DNA of 64,000 nt from the NCBI RefSeq assembly GCF_009914755.1, contig NC_060942.1; one strand, 5' to 3'. Below the pieces are notes generated by a model. That model searched no databases, had not been told where the DNA came from, and worked only from the letters and a program-made list of their open reading frames with translations. The DNA comes from the human T2T-CHM13v2.0 reference genome, Homo sapiens. Positions within the stretch are counted from its first letter, which is position 1. Each line of letters starts with the position of its first letter. This document shows positions 46,118 to 61,046 of the stretch, piece by piece. A program made the translations under genes and the position numbers.

Positions 46118-46850
46118 TCTGAAAGGTCTACCCAAAAGAAAGAAGCTGAGGCAGAATTAATATAGAGAGTTTATTTGGGCCGAGGTTGAGTACAGCTGCC
46201 CAGGACACACAAATTGCCTTGGGGAGTGCCTTTGTAATAAACAGGTTTTTAAAAGCAGAAAAAGGATAAAGAGTGGGTTGATTAAAATATTATTTGTCAG
46301 CCGGGTGCAGTGGCTCACACCTGTAATCCCAGCACTTTGGGAGGCTGAGGTGGGAGGATCACCTGGGATCAGGGATTTGAGACCAGCCTGGCCAACATGG
46401 CAAAACCTCATCTCTACTAAAAATACAAAAAAATTAGCTGGGCATGGTGGTGCATGCCTGTAATCCCAGCTACTGGGGAGGGTGAGGCAGGAGAATCTCT
46501 TGAACCCAGGAGGCGGAGGTTGCAGTGAGCCAAGATCGTCTGGGCGACAGAGCGAGACTCTGTCTCAAAAATAATAAAAATAAAAGAGTTATTTGTCAGG
46601 AATCCTCATTGGTTTACAGAAATAACATTGATTGGTTATAGATTGTTGAACTATAGAGTGTGGTTTATGTTATCTGGCATGTGGCATTGTTAGGTTACTT
46701 TAGAGCTACTTGTGGCTATAGCAAGCAGTTTCAAGAGAGGATTGATTACATAGCAAAGGGGAGTAAGACCTAATTGCTGTCTCATTTTAATGCCTCTCTG
46801 GGGGAGATAATTTTAAAGGGCTCACATTTACATATATTTTTCTTTCTCAA
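46118..46850. mobile_element. ERV1-class solo LTR fragment split by a + strand Alu (~46299-46585)
   Basis: AAGAAGCTGAGGCAGAATTAAT...GTTTATTTGGGCC motif; TTATTTGTCAG repeated either side of the Alu; subfamily not assigned. Confidence 0.5.
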
Positions 46851-47311
46851 ATTTTATCTTTTTCGTATAGATAGCTAATTGACCAGCCCCACTTACTGAA
46901 TAGTCTCCTTTCCTCATAAGTCTACAGAGCCTTTTAGGAAAATGTGATATGATATATCTGCATGAGTTGATTTGGGGGTTCTCTATTCTATTCCAGTGGT
47001 CAGCTTATTCAGTCTTATGCTGTTAACTACACCATCTTAATTACTGTAGCTTTATAGATAGTTTTGATGTCATGAAGGAAAAGTGTTTTGCTTTCTTCAG
47101 GAGCATCTCATTATATTCATAGATTTTAAATTTTTAAATAGCTTGGAGTAAAAACATTTGTTCATCTTTGTATATAAGTAGCAGACATGAAATTCAGTAT
47201 GTATTGAAGACATCTTTTTAAAGTGTTGAAAGAAATGGGAGAAGAAAATATGTGATGGTTATGCTGTATTTAGTGGCTCAGAGGTCACTTTTTTTTCTTT
47301 TTTAAATATAG

Positions 47312-47457
47312 GAACCGTTTTGATTAAAAGTAACAGTGGTCCGTTGATGTTGGTATCTCCTCAGCAAACTGTAACAAGAGCCGAGACCACAAGTAACATA
47401 ACCTCAAGGCCAGCAGTACCAGCGAATCCTCAAACAGTCAAAATCTGTACAGTGCCG
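47312..47457 (+). CDS. TAF4B: TAF4B coding exon 2
   Basis: Pyrimidine tract plus TAG acceptor at 47311; continues phase 1 as GTVLIKSNSGPLMLVSPQQ...KICTVP; donor CCG|GTAATA; 146 nt. Confidence 0.95.
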
Positions 47458-47705
47458 GTAATATACCTTAAATATTTTTCATCTTTCTTTGTTTCTCAGC
47501 TATAATTTTCATATAAATGTTGTGTATATGTTTGCTAGTAAAAAATAATGTAAGACATGATTCTATTCAGCTTTTTAGGTCAGCTTGCCTTGAATATGTC
47601 AATTTAATAAAGATTTTTGGTTTTGTCCTCTGATAATTGCCAAAATAGTAAATTCAGTCTTCAGATTTTATGTCCTCAAAGGAATGTTCAGAGGGCTATC
47701 TGCAT

Positions 47706-49030
<1,325 letters not shown>

Positions 49031-49657
49031 ATTATATATGTATATTTTTTAATGGGTATTTTATTTAAATAAAAATACTGAATGTAGTTTAGCATTTTCT
49101 TGATGAATCAGGCTCATTGTAATGACAGATTGCATTGTTTTTTATAATAATCATTCTCTGCCAGTGTTTTTCATTTTTGTGCCCTACTAATTTGATTCTA
49201 GGTCCTGAAACAGTCATTTTCTCTGTTACTGTATCTGTCAATAATAGCCACTCCTTCCCTTTCTAGTTTGGTTTAACTGCTGTGGGTTGAGAATGTAGAT
49301 TAGCAGGTTTTTGTTTATAATTAAATATTACATAAGAATCTATTTTTTCTGTATGAACCAAAGAGTCAAGATTAAGATTTTAATGTTGAATACTGTAATA
49401 TTTATTTAGTTTGAAATTTCAGATAAATGGGTTATTTATTGAATCAGTTGCCACCTTAGAAATATGAAATGAGTGTCATCTGGGCAGCTGACCAGTTAGG
49501 TTTATAGTATAGAATGTGCATAAAACACATTAGGTTATAACTCCAGTCATAACAAATACATTTGCTGTCATAAAGTGTTCTAATGTTCACTGCAGTACTG
49601 ATCTTAAATTACTAACGCTAATGACTTTGTGTTATCTTGCTCCCCTCCACCGCCAAG

Positions 49658-49765
49658 AACTCTAGCTCACAATTAATCAAGAAAGTGGCAGTGACACCTG
49701 TTAAAAAATTGGCACAAATAGGAACTACTGTGGTAACCACTGTTCCGAAGCCTTCCTCAGTACAA
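49658..49765 (+). CDS. TAF4B: TAF4B coding exon 3
   Basis: Acceptor ...CCAAG|; NSSSQLIKKVAVTPVKKLAQIGTTVVTTVPKPSSVQ; donor CAA|GTAAGT; 108 nt, phase 0-0 (not in ORF track). Confidence 0.93.
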
Positions 49766-50009
49766 GTAAGTTGTGCTGGCCATTCGTGCACTTGTTGTTC
49801 TCTTAACTTTTAAAAAAATCATTTAGCTATCTCCTGTTAGATATGTAAGTTACTGTGTGACATTGAAGATAGCAATTCAGTAATATATGATGGCACTTAT
49901 CAAACTGGGAACTGTTGGAGGTATGGGAAACAAGATAAACATGGTGTACATTCTTGGAATACCAGTTTTACTTCAGTGTATTAAGTTAATACAAATCTGC
50001 CTAATAGCC

Positions 50010-51800
50010 ATGTGTTGCAGTATCTGGAAGCAGGTTCTGAGATAAAATTTGGGATATGTAGGGATAAATACCCATGGAAGGAAAGGAGAGTAGATAAGGG
50101 TTTAAACTAGATGCAGGCCCAATAAAGCCTTAGCCATCTTAGTGGAGAACTTTGGAGGATATATGGCCGGTCAGCATTGTCCCACTATGGGTTAACATGG
50201 TTGGCTGGGCCTTAATTCCTGCTCTCTGTTCAGTCACTGGATGTGGACTTTCCTGGGAAAGTTACCTTTGGGCAAGGTGATCCTCTGCAGCTGAGGGAAG
50301 CCTGATGGAACTTATAAATGGAGGCTGTCTAATATCATTCCTAGCAGCTAGCTAGGACAGTACATATCACTCCTTGTCATGGTTCATCACAGGCTACTCC
50401 TTGCATCACTTGTATGTGTTTCCTCATACATGTTGGAGATCAGCTGTTCTGGGATTCTCATGGTTTTCGTCTTTGGGGAAACAAAGAGGAGGCTAATACG
50501 ATGAACTACAGTCCCCACTGCTGCAGCTGGTTTCTGGTGGCACCTGATATTAATTATTTCCCTCTTCCACTGTGCCTTCCTAGATTCCCTTCCCCTCAAC
50601 TACCAACTATACTGGTCTTTGTTAACTTAAATGATAACGACCAGACCCTCATCCCTGAGGGATCTGTGGTCTTAATAACCATGTTCATTTGAGGTCAGGG
50701 TTGCTACGGCTTGTCTATTTATCATCACAATTGGGCAAGGAAATACAAGGAGGCATTTAAGTGAATCACCTGAATCACGTGGATTTGCCACACATACTTC
50801 TTTTTGCCTCCATTGCGTAATAGCAACCCTACCTCCTCCAGATGATGGGAGTCGATTACTCTTCCTAAGATAATTACTCCTGTCTTTCCTGCTGGATCAT
50901 GGTTACAAGGAACCATAGTGCAGCCATAGTGTCTATTTTATTTATTTTTTATTTTGTTTTGTTTTATTTTATTTTATTTTTGAAGACAGAGTCTCACTCT
51001 ATCACCTAGGCTGGAGCACTGTGGTGCAATCTTGGCTCACTGCAACCCCTACTCCCTGGGTTCCAGTGATTCTCCTGCCTCAGCCTCCCAAGTAGCTGGG
51101 ATTACAGGTGTGTGCCACCATGCCCAGCTGATTTTTTGTATTTTTAGTAGGGATGGGGTTTCACCATGTTGGCCAGGCTGGTCTCGAACTCTTGACCAAG
51201 TAATCCGCCTACCTCAGCCTCCCAAAGTCCTGGGATTACAGGCATGAGCCACCGCACCCGACTCTTAGTGTCTGTTCTTAGTGTCTATTTACAGGAACTC
51301 TTGCTTTGTCCTCTGGTAGAGGTGTTTGCTTCCTGTGGGCAGAAATGGGAAACACAAAGTCCTCCAGTGAGTGTTTGTTGTGAGTGATGGTAAGTGGGGG
51401 CCATTCATGCTTCTTCTCCTTGATTCCTTGATCTATGGGTTTGTCCTGTTGGGGACATAGTACCATATGGAAATTTTTGATTCAATGAGTATGCTGAGTC
51501 TTGGAGGATGGAATCCCATACTCATAGAGTATTGCCTCTATGTTTGTACTTCACCTGTACCTCTTGCTGGCTGTTCTAATATTTTACTAGACTCCTAGTT
51601 TCCGAGTCAAGACATATGTGATGAAACCAGTGGATCTGATAGTCCTGGGACTATGCATCTTCTTGGAGCATGCTACCTGGAATCCCATGCTAGTAGATCA
51701 GACCTTCTTTTGGTGTTCCAAACTTGAACCATACTGCTCACGTTCTTTTCATCTAACAGAAATGATGAGCAGTGAATCTGATTTTAAACATAATATTTTT
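50010..51800 (-). mobile_element. ERVL-class LTR plus internal remnant with dUTPase-like fragment
   Basis: ORF 50725-50916 GVIILGRVIDSHHLEEVGLLLRNGGKKKYVW resembles HERV-L GVTVLAGVIDPDYQDEISLLLHNGGKEEYAW; ORF 51278-51466 PPLTIT...FVFPI also HERV-L-like; boundaries approximate. Confidence 0.6.
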
Positions 51801-52811
51801 CTACTAATACCATTTGTTGTCACTTAACATGCTTGACACTTTTTTAGGTGCCTTACATTCATCATCTCATTTCATCCTTGTGACTATACTATAAGGAAGT
51901 GTTATCTCTATTTTATATGAGAGGTTAAGAAGCTTGCTTGATTTCTGCTAGTATGTGGCAGAGTGAGGATTTGAGCCTTTATCTGACTCTGGAAACTGTT
52001 CTTAATGACCTATGTACTGATTATCTCAAAACCTACTGTATTTTTTTCCTTAGGATAAATTTTAAGGAGATTATTGGGCCAAAGAATATAAATTTAGGCC
52101 TATTGATAGCTACTATCATATTGTTTTATGAAGAAGTTAACCACTTTAGACTATCAGTACTTCGAGTATATCAGTTTTTCATTGGATATAGTTCTTAAAG
52201 ATTGAGTACATAAATAACACCACAGGTTAAAAAAATATATTGTGGAGAGAAAACATACTTAGCAACATGATCTTAGATACTTAAGACTGCCATTTGCACA
52301 TTATGGCTCTTCAGGACACAGAGAGCAAATTATGTTGTGCTGGGATAACTGAAGGAACTCCACTACACTACTTCTTCAGGGCCCTTTTGGGAGCCAGTTT
52401 AGTGGTAAAGTGAGTTTCTTGGATATTACTTCTTAGAGTGTATTAGGGATTCTCTACATCCATGGGCTTTAATTTGTCCCCTGCCAGCTACAGCCACAAT
52501 TCTATTTCTGTGCTTTCTGAATATTCGTTGAAGTCTTAATAGTTCTAGAACATGAAAGCTTGTGTTCATTTACTTAGTAATCATAGCCAGTGATCACTAA
52601 TTATATTTGTAGTTTTTAAAAAAATTACTTTATTTAAAAAATAGAGATGAGGTCTTACTCTGTTGCCCAGGCTGTTCTTGAACTCCTGGGGCTCAAGCAA
52701 ATCCTCCCGCCTCTGCCTTGCAAAATGCTGGGATTATAGGCATCAGCCATTGCACCCAGCCTTTATTAGTAGTTTTTATAAAAGAGACAACCTGGAGCCT
52801 GTGAATTCAGG

Positions 52812-52981
52812 TGAAGGGGAAAATCTTTACTAAGCTTAAACTAAAACTTAGAGTTTCTTGCAACTATGAATGTAGGCTTCAAACTATGGAACCATTTTGA
52901 GGGGGAAAATCTTTACTAAGCTTAAACTAAAACTTAGAATTTCTTTCAGCTACAAATGTAGGCTTCAAACTACAGAACCAT
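52812..52981. repeat. 86-bp tandem duplication (2 copies)
   Basis: GGGGAAAATCTTTACTAAGCTTAAACTAAAACTTAGA...GTAGGCTTCAAACTA..GAACCAT at 52816 and 52902. Confidence 0.93.
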
Positions 52982-53949
52982 GGAGTTAGTACATATCTGT
53001 GACTTTGTCACAATAGAAATAATTGAAATTTGTATGTTTCCTCGTGTTTGTAGTTATTTTAAAATGCTCATGTTAATCTGTCATTGATATTTTTGTGTGG
53101 ACCATTTATTTTTCTTAGCTAATTTAGGTTGATGCATATTTTAAGTTGGGCTACTCCTTAGTGGTAGCCTAGAACAGTGGAAATTAGTAAAGAATGAAGT
53201 TAATGATATCTGTCCACTTTAAGGGATAAGCATCTCAGTTTTAGGCATGGAAATAAGGAGCTAGAACTTAAAAATGAGAGAAGATACAACTCCTTGTACT
53301 TGATTGTCAGACTGTAAATGCAAATGTGTGTGTTAAGAAATTTTGAAAGTATTTTCCTATTAGGCTTAGTCTGATAAATATAACACAAGAACTAGTTAGA
53401 AATCTTGTGTTCACTTTTACCTTGTATTTGATGAAGATGTAGTTTGGCCCATTGTTAGATTGGAATCTAATGTGCAAATGACTAGTATTTCTAATTAAAT
53501 GTGAATAAACCTAAAGCAATTGCTGTTTCAGACAGGTACAGAAAATGACCCTCCTTGAAATGCTATTTCATCTTCTAAATTTCCATACAACTCATTTTAT
53601 TGGCTCTGTGTAGAATTGGTTTTCACACATTTATTTCACATATACTTCAGTCCGTTTTCCTCCTGTCCTCAAGACATGCCTAGTCAGTCAGTGCAGCCTT
53701 GAAAAGCATTGAAGTTACCATTGGCTGGTCTGTTGAGTCAAAGGCGGAGTTGTGATTGAGTTTAAGACACTTTGGGCCAGGCATGGTGAGTCACACCTGT
53801 AATCCCAGCACTTTGGGAGGCCTAGGCAGGTGGATCACCTGAGGTCAGGAGTTTGAGACCAGCTTGGCCAACATGTTGAAACCCTGTCTCTACTAAACAT
53901 TCAAAAATGAGCCGGGTGGTGTGGTGGGGGGCGGCTCTCATCCCAGCTA

Positions 53950-54082
<133 letters not shown>

Positions 54083-54344
54083 TTAAGGGTGAGGGGGAAT
54101 GGAATTTATTAGGCGAAAAGAAAAAAAAAACTCAGCAAAGCCAGAGGGGTTCCCGTTAGCAGGCCCCCATCTCACAAATTGAATCTCGGGTCACCACACA
54201 GGAACAGGAGAGGCCAGGCTCCTCCCCCTTGCAAAGGGTCTGATCTTCCTGAGGCTCCACCCCTCCTCCTCCCAGTGGGCAGGCGCGTGGGGGATTCTTC
54301 TGGAACCTTTCCCCTAATCTTCCGGTTGCGTCTATCAAGATCAT

Positions 54345-54556
54345 CAGGCATTAGATTCTCACGAGGAGAGTGCAGCTTAAATCACCTGCATGTGCAGTTC
54401 ACGAGAAGGTTCATGCTGCTATGAGACTAATGGCACCGCTGACCTGACAGGAGGCAAAGCTCAGGCAGTAATGCTCACTTGCCTCCTCTGTGTGTCTCTA
54501 TTCCTGACAGGCCACAGACCTATACCCGCCCGCGGCACGGGGGTTGGGGACCCCTG
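54345..54556. mobile_element. MER1B-like hAT element fragment
   Basis: GGCATTAGATTCTCA ... GGGGTTGGGGACCCCTG terminal motif. Confidence 0.7.
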
Positions 54557-56798
54557 TGGTAAGATACAAGTAGTAGCTATACTAGAAAGTGTTATGAAGG
54601 ACAGATTTTTTTTTTACTGGAGACAGGATAAAACATTGACAAGGAAAATAGAATTCCATAAATGCCCCCTCTACTTGTAAACGATAGGACGTTTTTCCTA
54701 AACTCACATTTCAGTTGGACCTTAGTTTGCTTCCTGAGGGAGGGGGAGAGTACACCCCCAAGGAACCTCTCCCATCAGTCCTCAGAGGTGATCATAACCA
54801 CCAGCTAAAATTCCAGATTACACTTTCTTAAATATGGCAGTACAGAGAGTTAATGACTGATTATAAGATAGACTAAAGAAAGAGGCTTATTTACTGTATA
54901 GAAAACTAAAAATTTATTAGAAAATCTCCACAAGAATTCAGAAGAAACTGAGTGGTAGGTTGGAGAGCAGGACTAAAGATATGAAAAGGAGGGAGACTTC
55001 CTTTTGAATGTGCATTTGAGGCTCTATCTATATTTAACAAAATTGTACTAACTTAGGTGTAATTTTTAATTTTATCTCTTTTGTTAAAAACTTTATTGTT
55101 CTAGTCCTCATCATTAATCAGTAATTTTAAAATCTTATTAAAGTTTTTGCCAGGTGAGCCTTTAGTTTACTTTTCTTTTATTATCCTTATTCAATATTGA
55201 AATATGTTACAGACCTTTCTCATAAAATGAACTGAACAGCTTTCCCTATTCTGTTTTTCTAGAACATGTTGTATAAGACAGGAGTTATGCAAAAGTGTGG
55301 AAAAATCACATGGAAAATATCTGAGCCTGGAGACTTGAGGGAGGGAGGTCTTTTTGGGTATCATTTCAATGTCTTTAATTTGTCTATTCTAGTTTCTGTG
55401 TTTTGTGCTAATTTTGTCATTTCATGTTTTTCCAAAAACCCTTTTGGTTTTGTTTCAAATGTATTAGCATATGGTATTTAATATTTTTATTATGCATTAT
55501 GAAATATACATGCAAACAAGACTACATGTGATATGTACACATATGTAATATGTACACATATGTAATATGTCTGCTGTTGAAAAAAATAATAGTAAAATGA
55601 AGGCCCATATACCCCAAACCCATGTTAGGGCCACCATGTGTCCCCATTCCTCTCCTTCTATCAATTCTCAGCATTTTAAATGTTCTTCCTGTTTGTAAAG
55701 AAAATTTTTTTCTAGAGACAGGGTCTTGTTAGGTTACCCAGACTGGTCTCGAACTCCTGTCCTCAAGCAATCCTCCTGGCTCAGCCTTCCAAAGTGCTGG
55801 TATTGTAAGTGTGAGCCACTGCACTTGTCCTTCTTCCCATTTTTTACCCTCAGAACATTCTTGTCTAGTACATATTCCAGTCTCTCTAATGTGGGAGATT
55901 TTATTGTACATTCAAATTCACCTATCTTGACTATTATAGAAGGAAATTTTCTTGAAGGTGATTGCAACTTGACCTTTTTGTGTTGCATGCTTGTAGAACA
56001 TAGACATTTAAATTAAATGATGGTGCATTGTTCAGTTTTCTGTGTGAATTGTATGTAAATACTATTCCTTATCCCTGATCCCCAAACTTTTATTATGTTC
56101 TGTAACTTTTAGTGTTTGTCTTTAAGATTGTTGCTTTATCTCAATGTGATTTTCTAAATTACTGCCTGACTTGTGATTGCTTGTATGAGGTTTTTGTCCT
56201 GTAGGTGATGCTAGCTAGAGTCACACCTCATTTTGATAGAAGGTAGAGAAACAACTGAAATTCTTTTCAGTGTGAATATAAGATACCACGTTTTATAATA
56301 TTCTTCATGCTTACTTTAATGGTCTACATAAAAGCAGTTTATCTAAATTTTAGATAATAAGTAGATTGCTCTGCTTTGTTCTTAAGAAAAAGCAGAATAT
56401 TCTATGTTCTCATAAAGACTTTCAGATACTTCTTGGAGTATTAATAATATTTTTTGAGGACTTATTTGCTTTAGCACTGTTTTTCACAAAAAATCCTAGG
56501 ACAGCAGGTACCGTTGCAATCCCTATTTTTGCAGAGAGTAATCAGGATTAGCAAGATTAAGTAACTTGCCTGCAGTCAACACTTGGTAGGTGGTAATGAA
56601 ATAGTAGATGGGGTGAGAATGAAACCCAGATCTGCTAGACTCAAGAGTTCCTAGAACTGTATTATATTGCCTTAGACTACTAGAGCATAACATAAAACCA
56701 CAGATGTCAAAATTAACTTGTCTGATGAGTGTGAAATGAGGCACCCACTAATGTATCATAGTAATACATGCCTAAATATTTAATACCTTTAATTTCAG

Positions 56799-56960
56799 TC
56801 TGTGGCTGTGCCAACCAGTGTCGTCACAGTTACTCCTGGAAAGCCATTGAATACTGTAACTACCCTGAAGCCTTCAAGTTTGGGAGCATCATCCACTCCT
56901 TCAAATGAGCCCAATCTTAAAGCAGAGAACTCAGCAGCTGTTCAGATTAATCTTTCTCCG
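56799..56960 (+). CDS. TAF4B: TAF4B coding exon 4
   Basis: TTTCAG| acceptor; SVAVPTSVVTVTPGKPLN...QINLSP; donor CCG|GTAAGC; 162 nt, phase 0-0. Confidence 0.95.
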
Positions 56961-57066
56961 GTAAGCTCTTACTTGCACCTTACATAAATCTTGTTCCTTG
57001 CAAGTTCTTTTGAATTGTTTGCTCACTAACACTTGTGTTTGCTTATATTTACATTTTCATATTTAG

Positions 57067-57189
57067 ACAATGCTAGAAAATGTGAAGAAATGCAAGAACT
57101 TCCTTGCAATGTTAATAAAACTAGCATGTAGTGGATCACAGTCCCCAGAAATGGGGCAAAATGTGAAGAAGCTGGTGGAACAACTTTTG
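57067..57189 (+). CDS. TAF4B: TAF4B coding exon 5, start of TAFH/NHR1 domain
   Basis: TTTAG| acceptor after 106-nt intron; TMLENVKKCKNFLAMLIKLACSGSQSPEMGQNVKKLVEQLL is the TAFH helix pattern of TAF4/TAF4B; donor TTG|GTAAGT. Confidence 0.95.
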
Positions 57190-57829
57190 GTAAGTAGTGC
57201 TATAAAATCCTGCAAATTCTGGAGGAATCCATATAACATGTTGTAATTGGGAAATGCATATTTTTAAATGGGATTTATTTAATTTATTTATTTATTTAAT
57301 TTATGTTTTGAGACAGAGTCTCGCTCTGTTGCCCAAGCTGGAGTGCAGTGGCGTGATCTAGGCTGACTGCAACCTCTGCCTCCTGGGTTCAAATGATTCT
57401 CCTGCCTCAGCTTCCTGAGTAGCTGGGATTACAGGTGTGCATCACCACGCTCGGCTAATTTTTGTATTTTTAGTAGAGACGGGGTTTTGCCATGTTGGCT
57501 GGGCTGGTCTCAAACTCCTGGCCTCAAGTGATGCACTTGCCCTGACCTCCCAAAGCGTTGGGATTACAGGCGTGAACCACCAAGCCCGGCCTGAGATTTA
57601 TTTTAAATGTAGTTCTTGATAAATTTTGTTTTTTGCTTCTTGAAAGCTTTGTAAAGACTATAAATCTTGGCTAGAAAAACCTATTGTATATTTCTTTTGA
57701 AAATTTACCTTTTTAAAAAAATTGTATATGTTTAAGGTATACAACATGATGTTTTGATATATATATTATTTCTGTACATCAGTCTTGCCTCCCTTACTCT
57801 ACAAAGGGCCTTGGAGAAAAGGTTCATTA

Positions 57830-58199
<370 letters not shown>

Positions 58200-59096
58200 T
58201 CAGAAAGCCAGGCTATCAATAGATAATGAAATTCGGTTCTTATATGTCCAGATAGACACCAAGCTTTGGGACCACAGAAGTTAGTTAATGCTCTTAGGCC
58301 TCACTTTCCTTATCTATAAGATTCTCATCTTGCAGATGAGAATGTTAAACATGATGATCGTTGATGTTTATATGAGTGCCAAGATGCTGTGTCTTTTAGC
58401 TACCAAATTATATGCCTTTGGTTTCTTACATCCTCTTTCAGGTAAAATATGTAGGTGCACTAAAAAGAGTGGAGATAGAAGTTAGCAAATATTTCATATT
58501 ATATGCTTAAGACATGCTGAGGATATAACAAACAAATGGATTTGGATTTTTTGAACTACTATAATATACAGATTTCTCTCACCACGTAATTAGAATTATA
58601 TTTTTCACATAAAAATTATCCCTTTTTCCAAGTATAAAATGTGTATATTTCAAATATTATACAGCAAAAACAAGCATAGTTTATAAATATTAAAATACCT
58701 TCTTTACTACTGTTTTTAATGCTGCCTGTAAGATGTTAGAGCACACTTGAAATGGTTAGTTTTTCATTTGGGAAGATGTTTTTATTACAGATGTCTAAAA
58801 TACCTCATACTAACAAATTTTTAATTCAACTTACGGGTGTCTTTTTAAAAGTAAACATTGAGCTTTTGATCTTCCCTTTTCAAGGTATGCTAGTTTTGAA
58901 AGGGGATATGATGACTTGTTTCTCTGAAATGGAATACTCTAGATGAAGAGACCTGTTGGAAATGAATACGTATCCCATAAAATATTAAAGACTTTTTAAC
59001 CACAAAACATATGTGTGAATTTTATGGACAGATAGAAACAGTTAGGAATTAAATATTACCTCTAGTTTTAAGATCTGTTTACTTTAGAACGACAAA

Positions 59097-60950
59097 CAGC
59101 AGTTCTAAAACATTTTGGTTTTAGGATACCTTTAAATTCCTAAAACTTGAGGACTCCCCAAGGCATTTTGTTTTTTGTGGGGTTAACATTAAAACTGAAA
59201 AATGCTTAACTTTTTTTATTGAAAAAATTTTTTTTTGAGATAGGGTCTTACTCTGTCACCCAGGCTGGAGTGCAGTGGCGTGAACAAGGCTCCCTGCTTT
59301 CTTGACCCTCCTGGGATCAAGCAATCCTCCCACGTCAACCTCCCAGGTAACTGGGACCACTGACATGTGCCACCACACCTGGCTAATTTTTTGATTTTTT
59401 TTGTAGAGACAGGGTCTTGCTATGTTGCTCAGGCTGATCTCAAACTCCTGAGCTCAAGTAATCATCCCACCTTGGCCTGGCGAAGTGCTAGGATTACGGG
59501 CATGAGCCACCGTGCCCAGCTTGTTTATTAACAAATAACAGTAAACCCATTAAATGTTAACACAACTGACATTTAAGTGAAAACCGAGTTTCAAAACAAC
59601 AACAGAATTGAATGAGAAGAGTGGCATTGCTGTACCAATTTTGCAAATCTCTTTAGTGGCTGACCTAATGGAAAACAGCTGGATTCTCATATCTTCTGCA
59701 TTTAATCTGTTTTGTGATATGTTATTTTTTTGGGAGTATTTGGAGAATATCTGGTCTTGTGAAGAGAGGTGGTTGGAATAGTGATTATTTTTTTAAAAAT
59801 AGCTTTTCTCCAGATCATGGTGGATATTCTTTAGAGTCTACTGGTTTATCCTGCATGCTGAATGGATCTTTTACCCACGTATGATTTTTGTAATGACATT
59901 CATTGTTCATTGGGAAAATACTGGTTCACTGAGTTATGCAGATCTTTCAAATGTTTCCAGATTTATTATTTAAGATATCAAAATAACATGCTCATTAAAT
60001 TCACCAACCTTATTAGAAAATTCTTGTACCAGGAAGCTATCAAGCTCAGAATAGTTGTTACACATTTTTCAAAATTGTAATTTTGGCTGGAGAGCTTTAA
60101 TTTTTATCATTAGCAACAAATGCTATCCATTGTTTTCTTTACTGTTAGTGGTTTAGTTTGTTGTTGAGAAAATATCTAACAAATACCCAAGTCTGAATAA
60201 CCACAATTGCTTTGCCATTCTTTTCAGTAAAAATGGAAAAAAGTGGCTAGTTTAGCGACTCAATTACAGTGCTTTTCCTTGATCCTCTGACTTTGATCTG
60301 CAACAAAAATGCTCCATGTATGTTTCCTATTTTGTTATATACAATATTAAAGAGGTATCTACTGAAGAGTTGAGATTTAGTAAAGTTAATTTTTACTGCT
60401 TCATCCAAGGATGTTTCAAAGTGAAATTGGGTCTATTTTTTTTTATTTTTATTTTTTAGAGTAAGAGTCTTGCTCTCTTGCTCAGGCTGGAGTGCAGTGA
60501 CATGATACTAGCTCACTGCAGCCTCAAACTTACGGGCTCAAGGGCTCCTTCCACTTCACCCTCCAAGTAGCTAGGACTAAGAGGTGTGTGCCACCATGCC
60601 CAGCTAGTTTTAAAATATTTTTTTGTAGTGACAGGGTTTCACTTTGTTACCCAAGCTAGTTTCCCAACTCCTGGCCTCAAGCGATCCTGCACCCTTGGCC
60701 CGCCAAAGTACTGGGATTACAGGTGTGAGCCACTGTGCTTGGCCTTCTGTTGTTTTTTTTTTTTTTTCTCCAAGCACATAGCACTGTAGAATGTGATGAT
60801 GGCTGTTTCACTTTGCCATTGCCTTTCTTACCGGTAGTTTTACCCATTGTTGCCTTTGCACCATGTGTGCAAACATTAGCTTAGTGAAAAAGGCTTTCTC
60901 TCCAAGATGTTAGTATTAATGGAAAATAATTTAGATCACACATACTCCTG
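59097..60950. mobile_element. Charlie1-like hAT relic interrupted by two Alus
   Basis: Start CAGCAGTTCTAAAACATTTTGGTTTTAGGA resembles Charlie1 end; right boundary approximate. Confidence 0.5.
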
Positions 60951-61046
60951 AAATGCTTAATAGTGTAAGCAATGTGTAAAGGTTCCTCAGTTCTTTGGAA
61001 CTGCTGTTATGGATTTACAATGTCATTCTGAAAATAGTCTTGCAGA

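Noticed and set aside
55531-55570. 17-nt tandem ATATGTACACATATGTA
   Set aside because: Simple slippage repeat in AT-rich sequence
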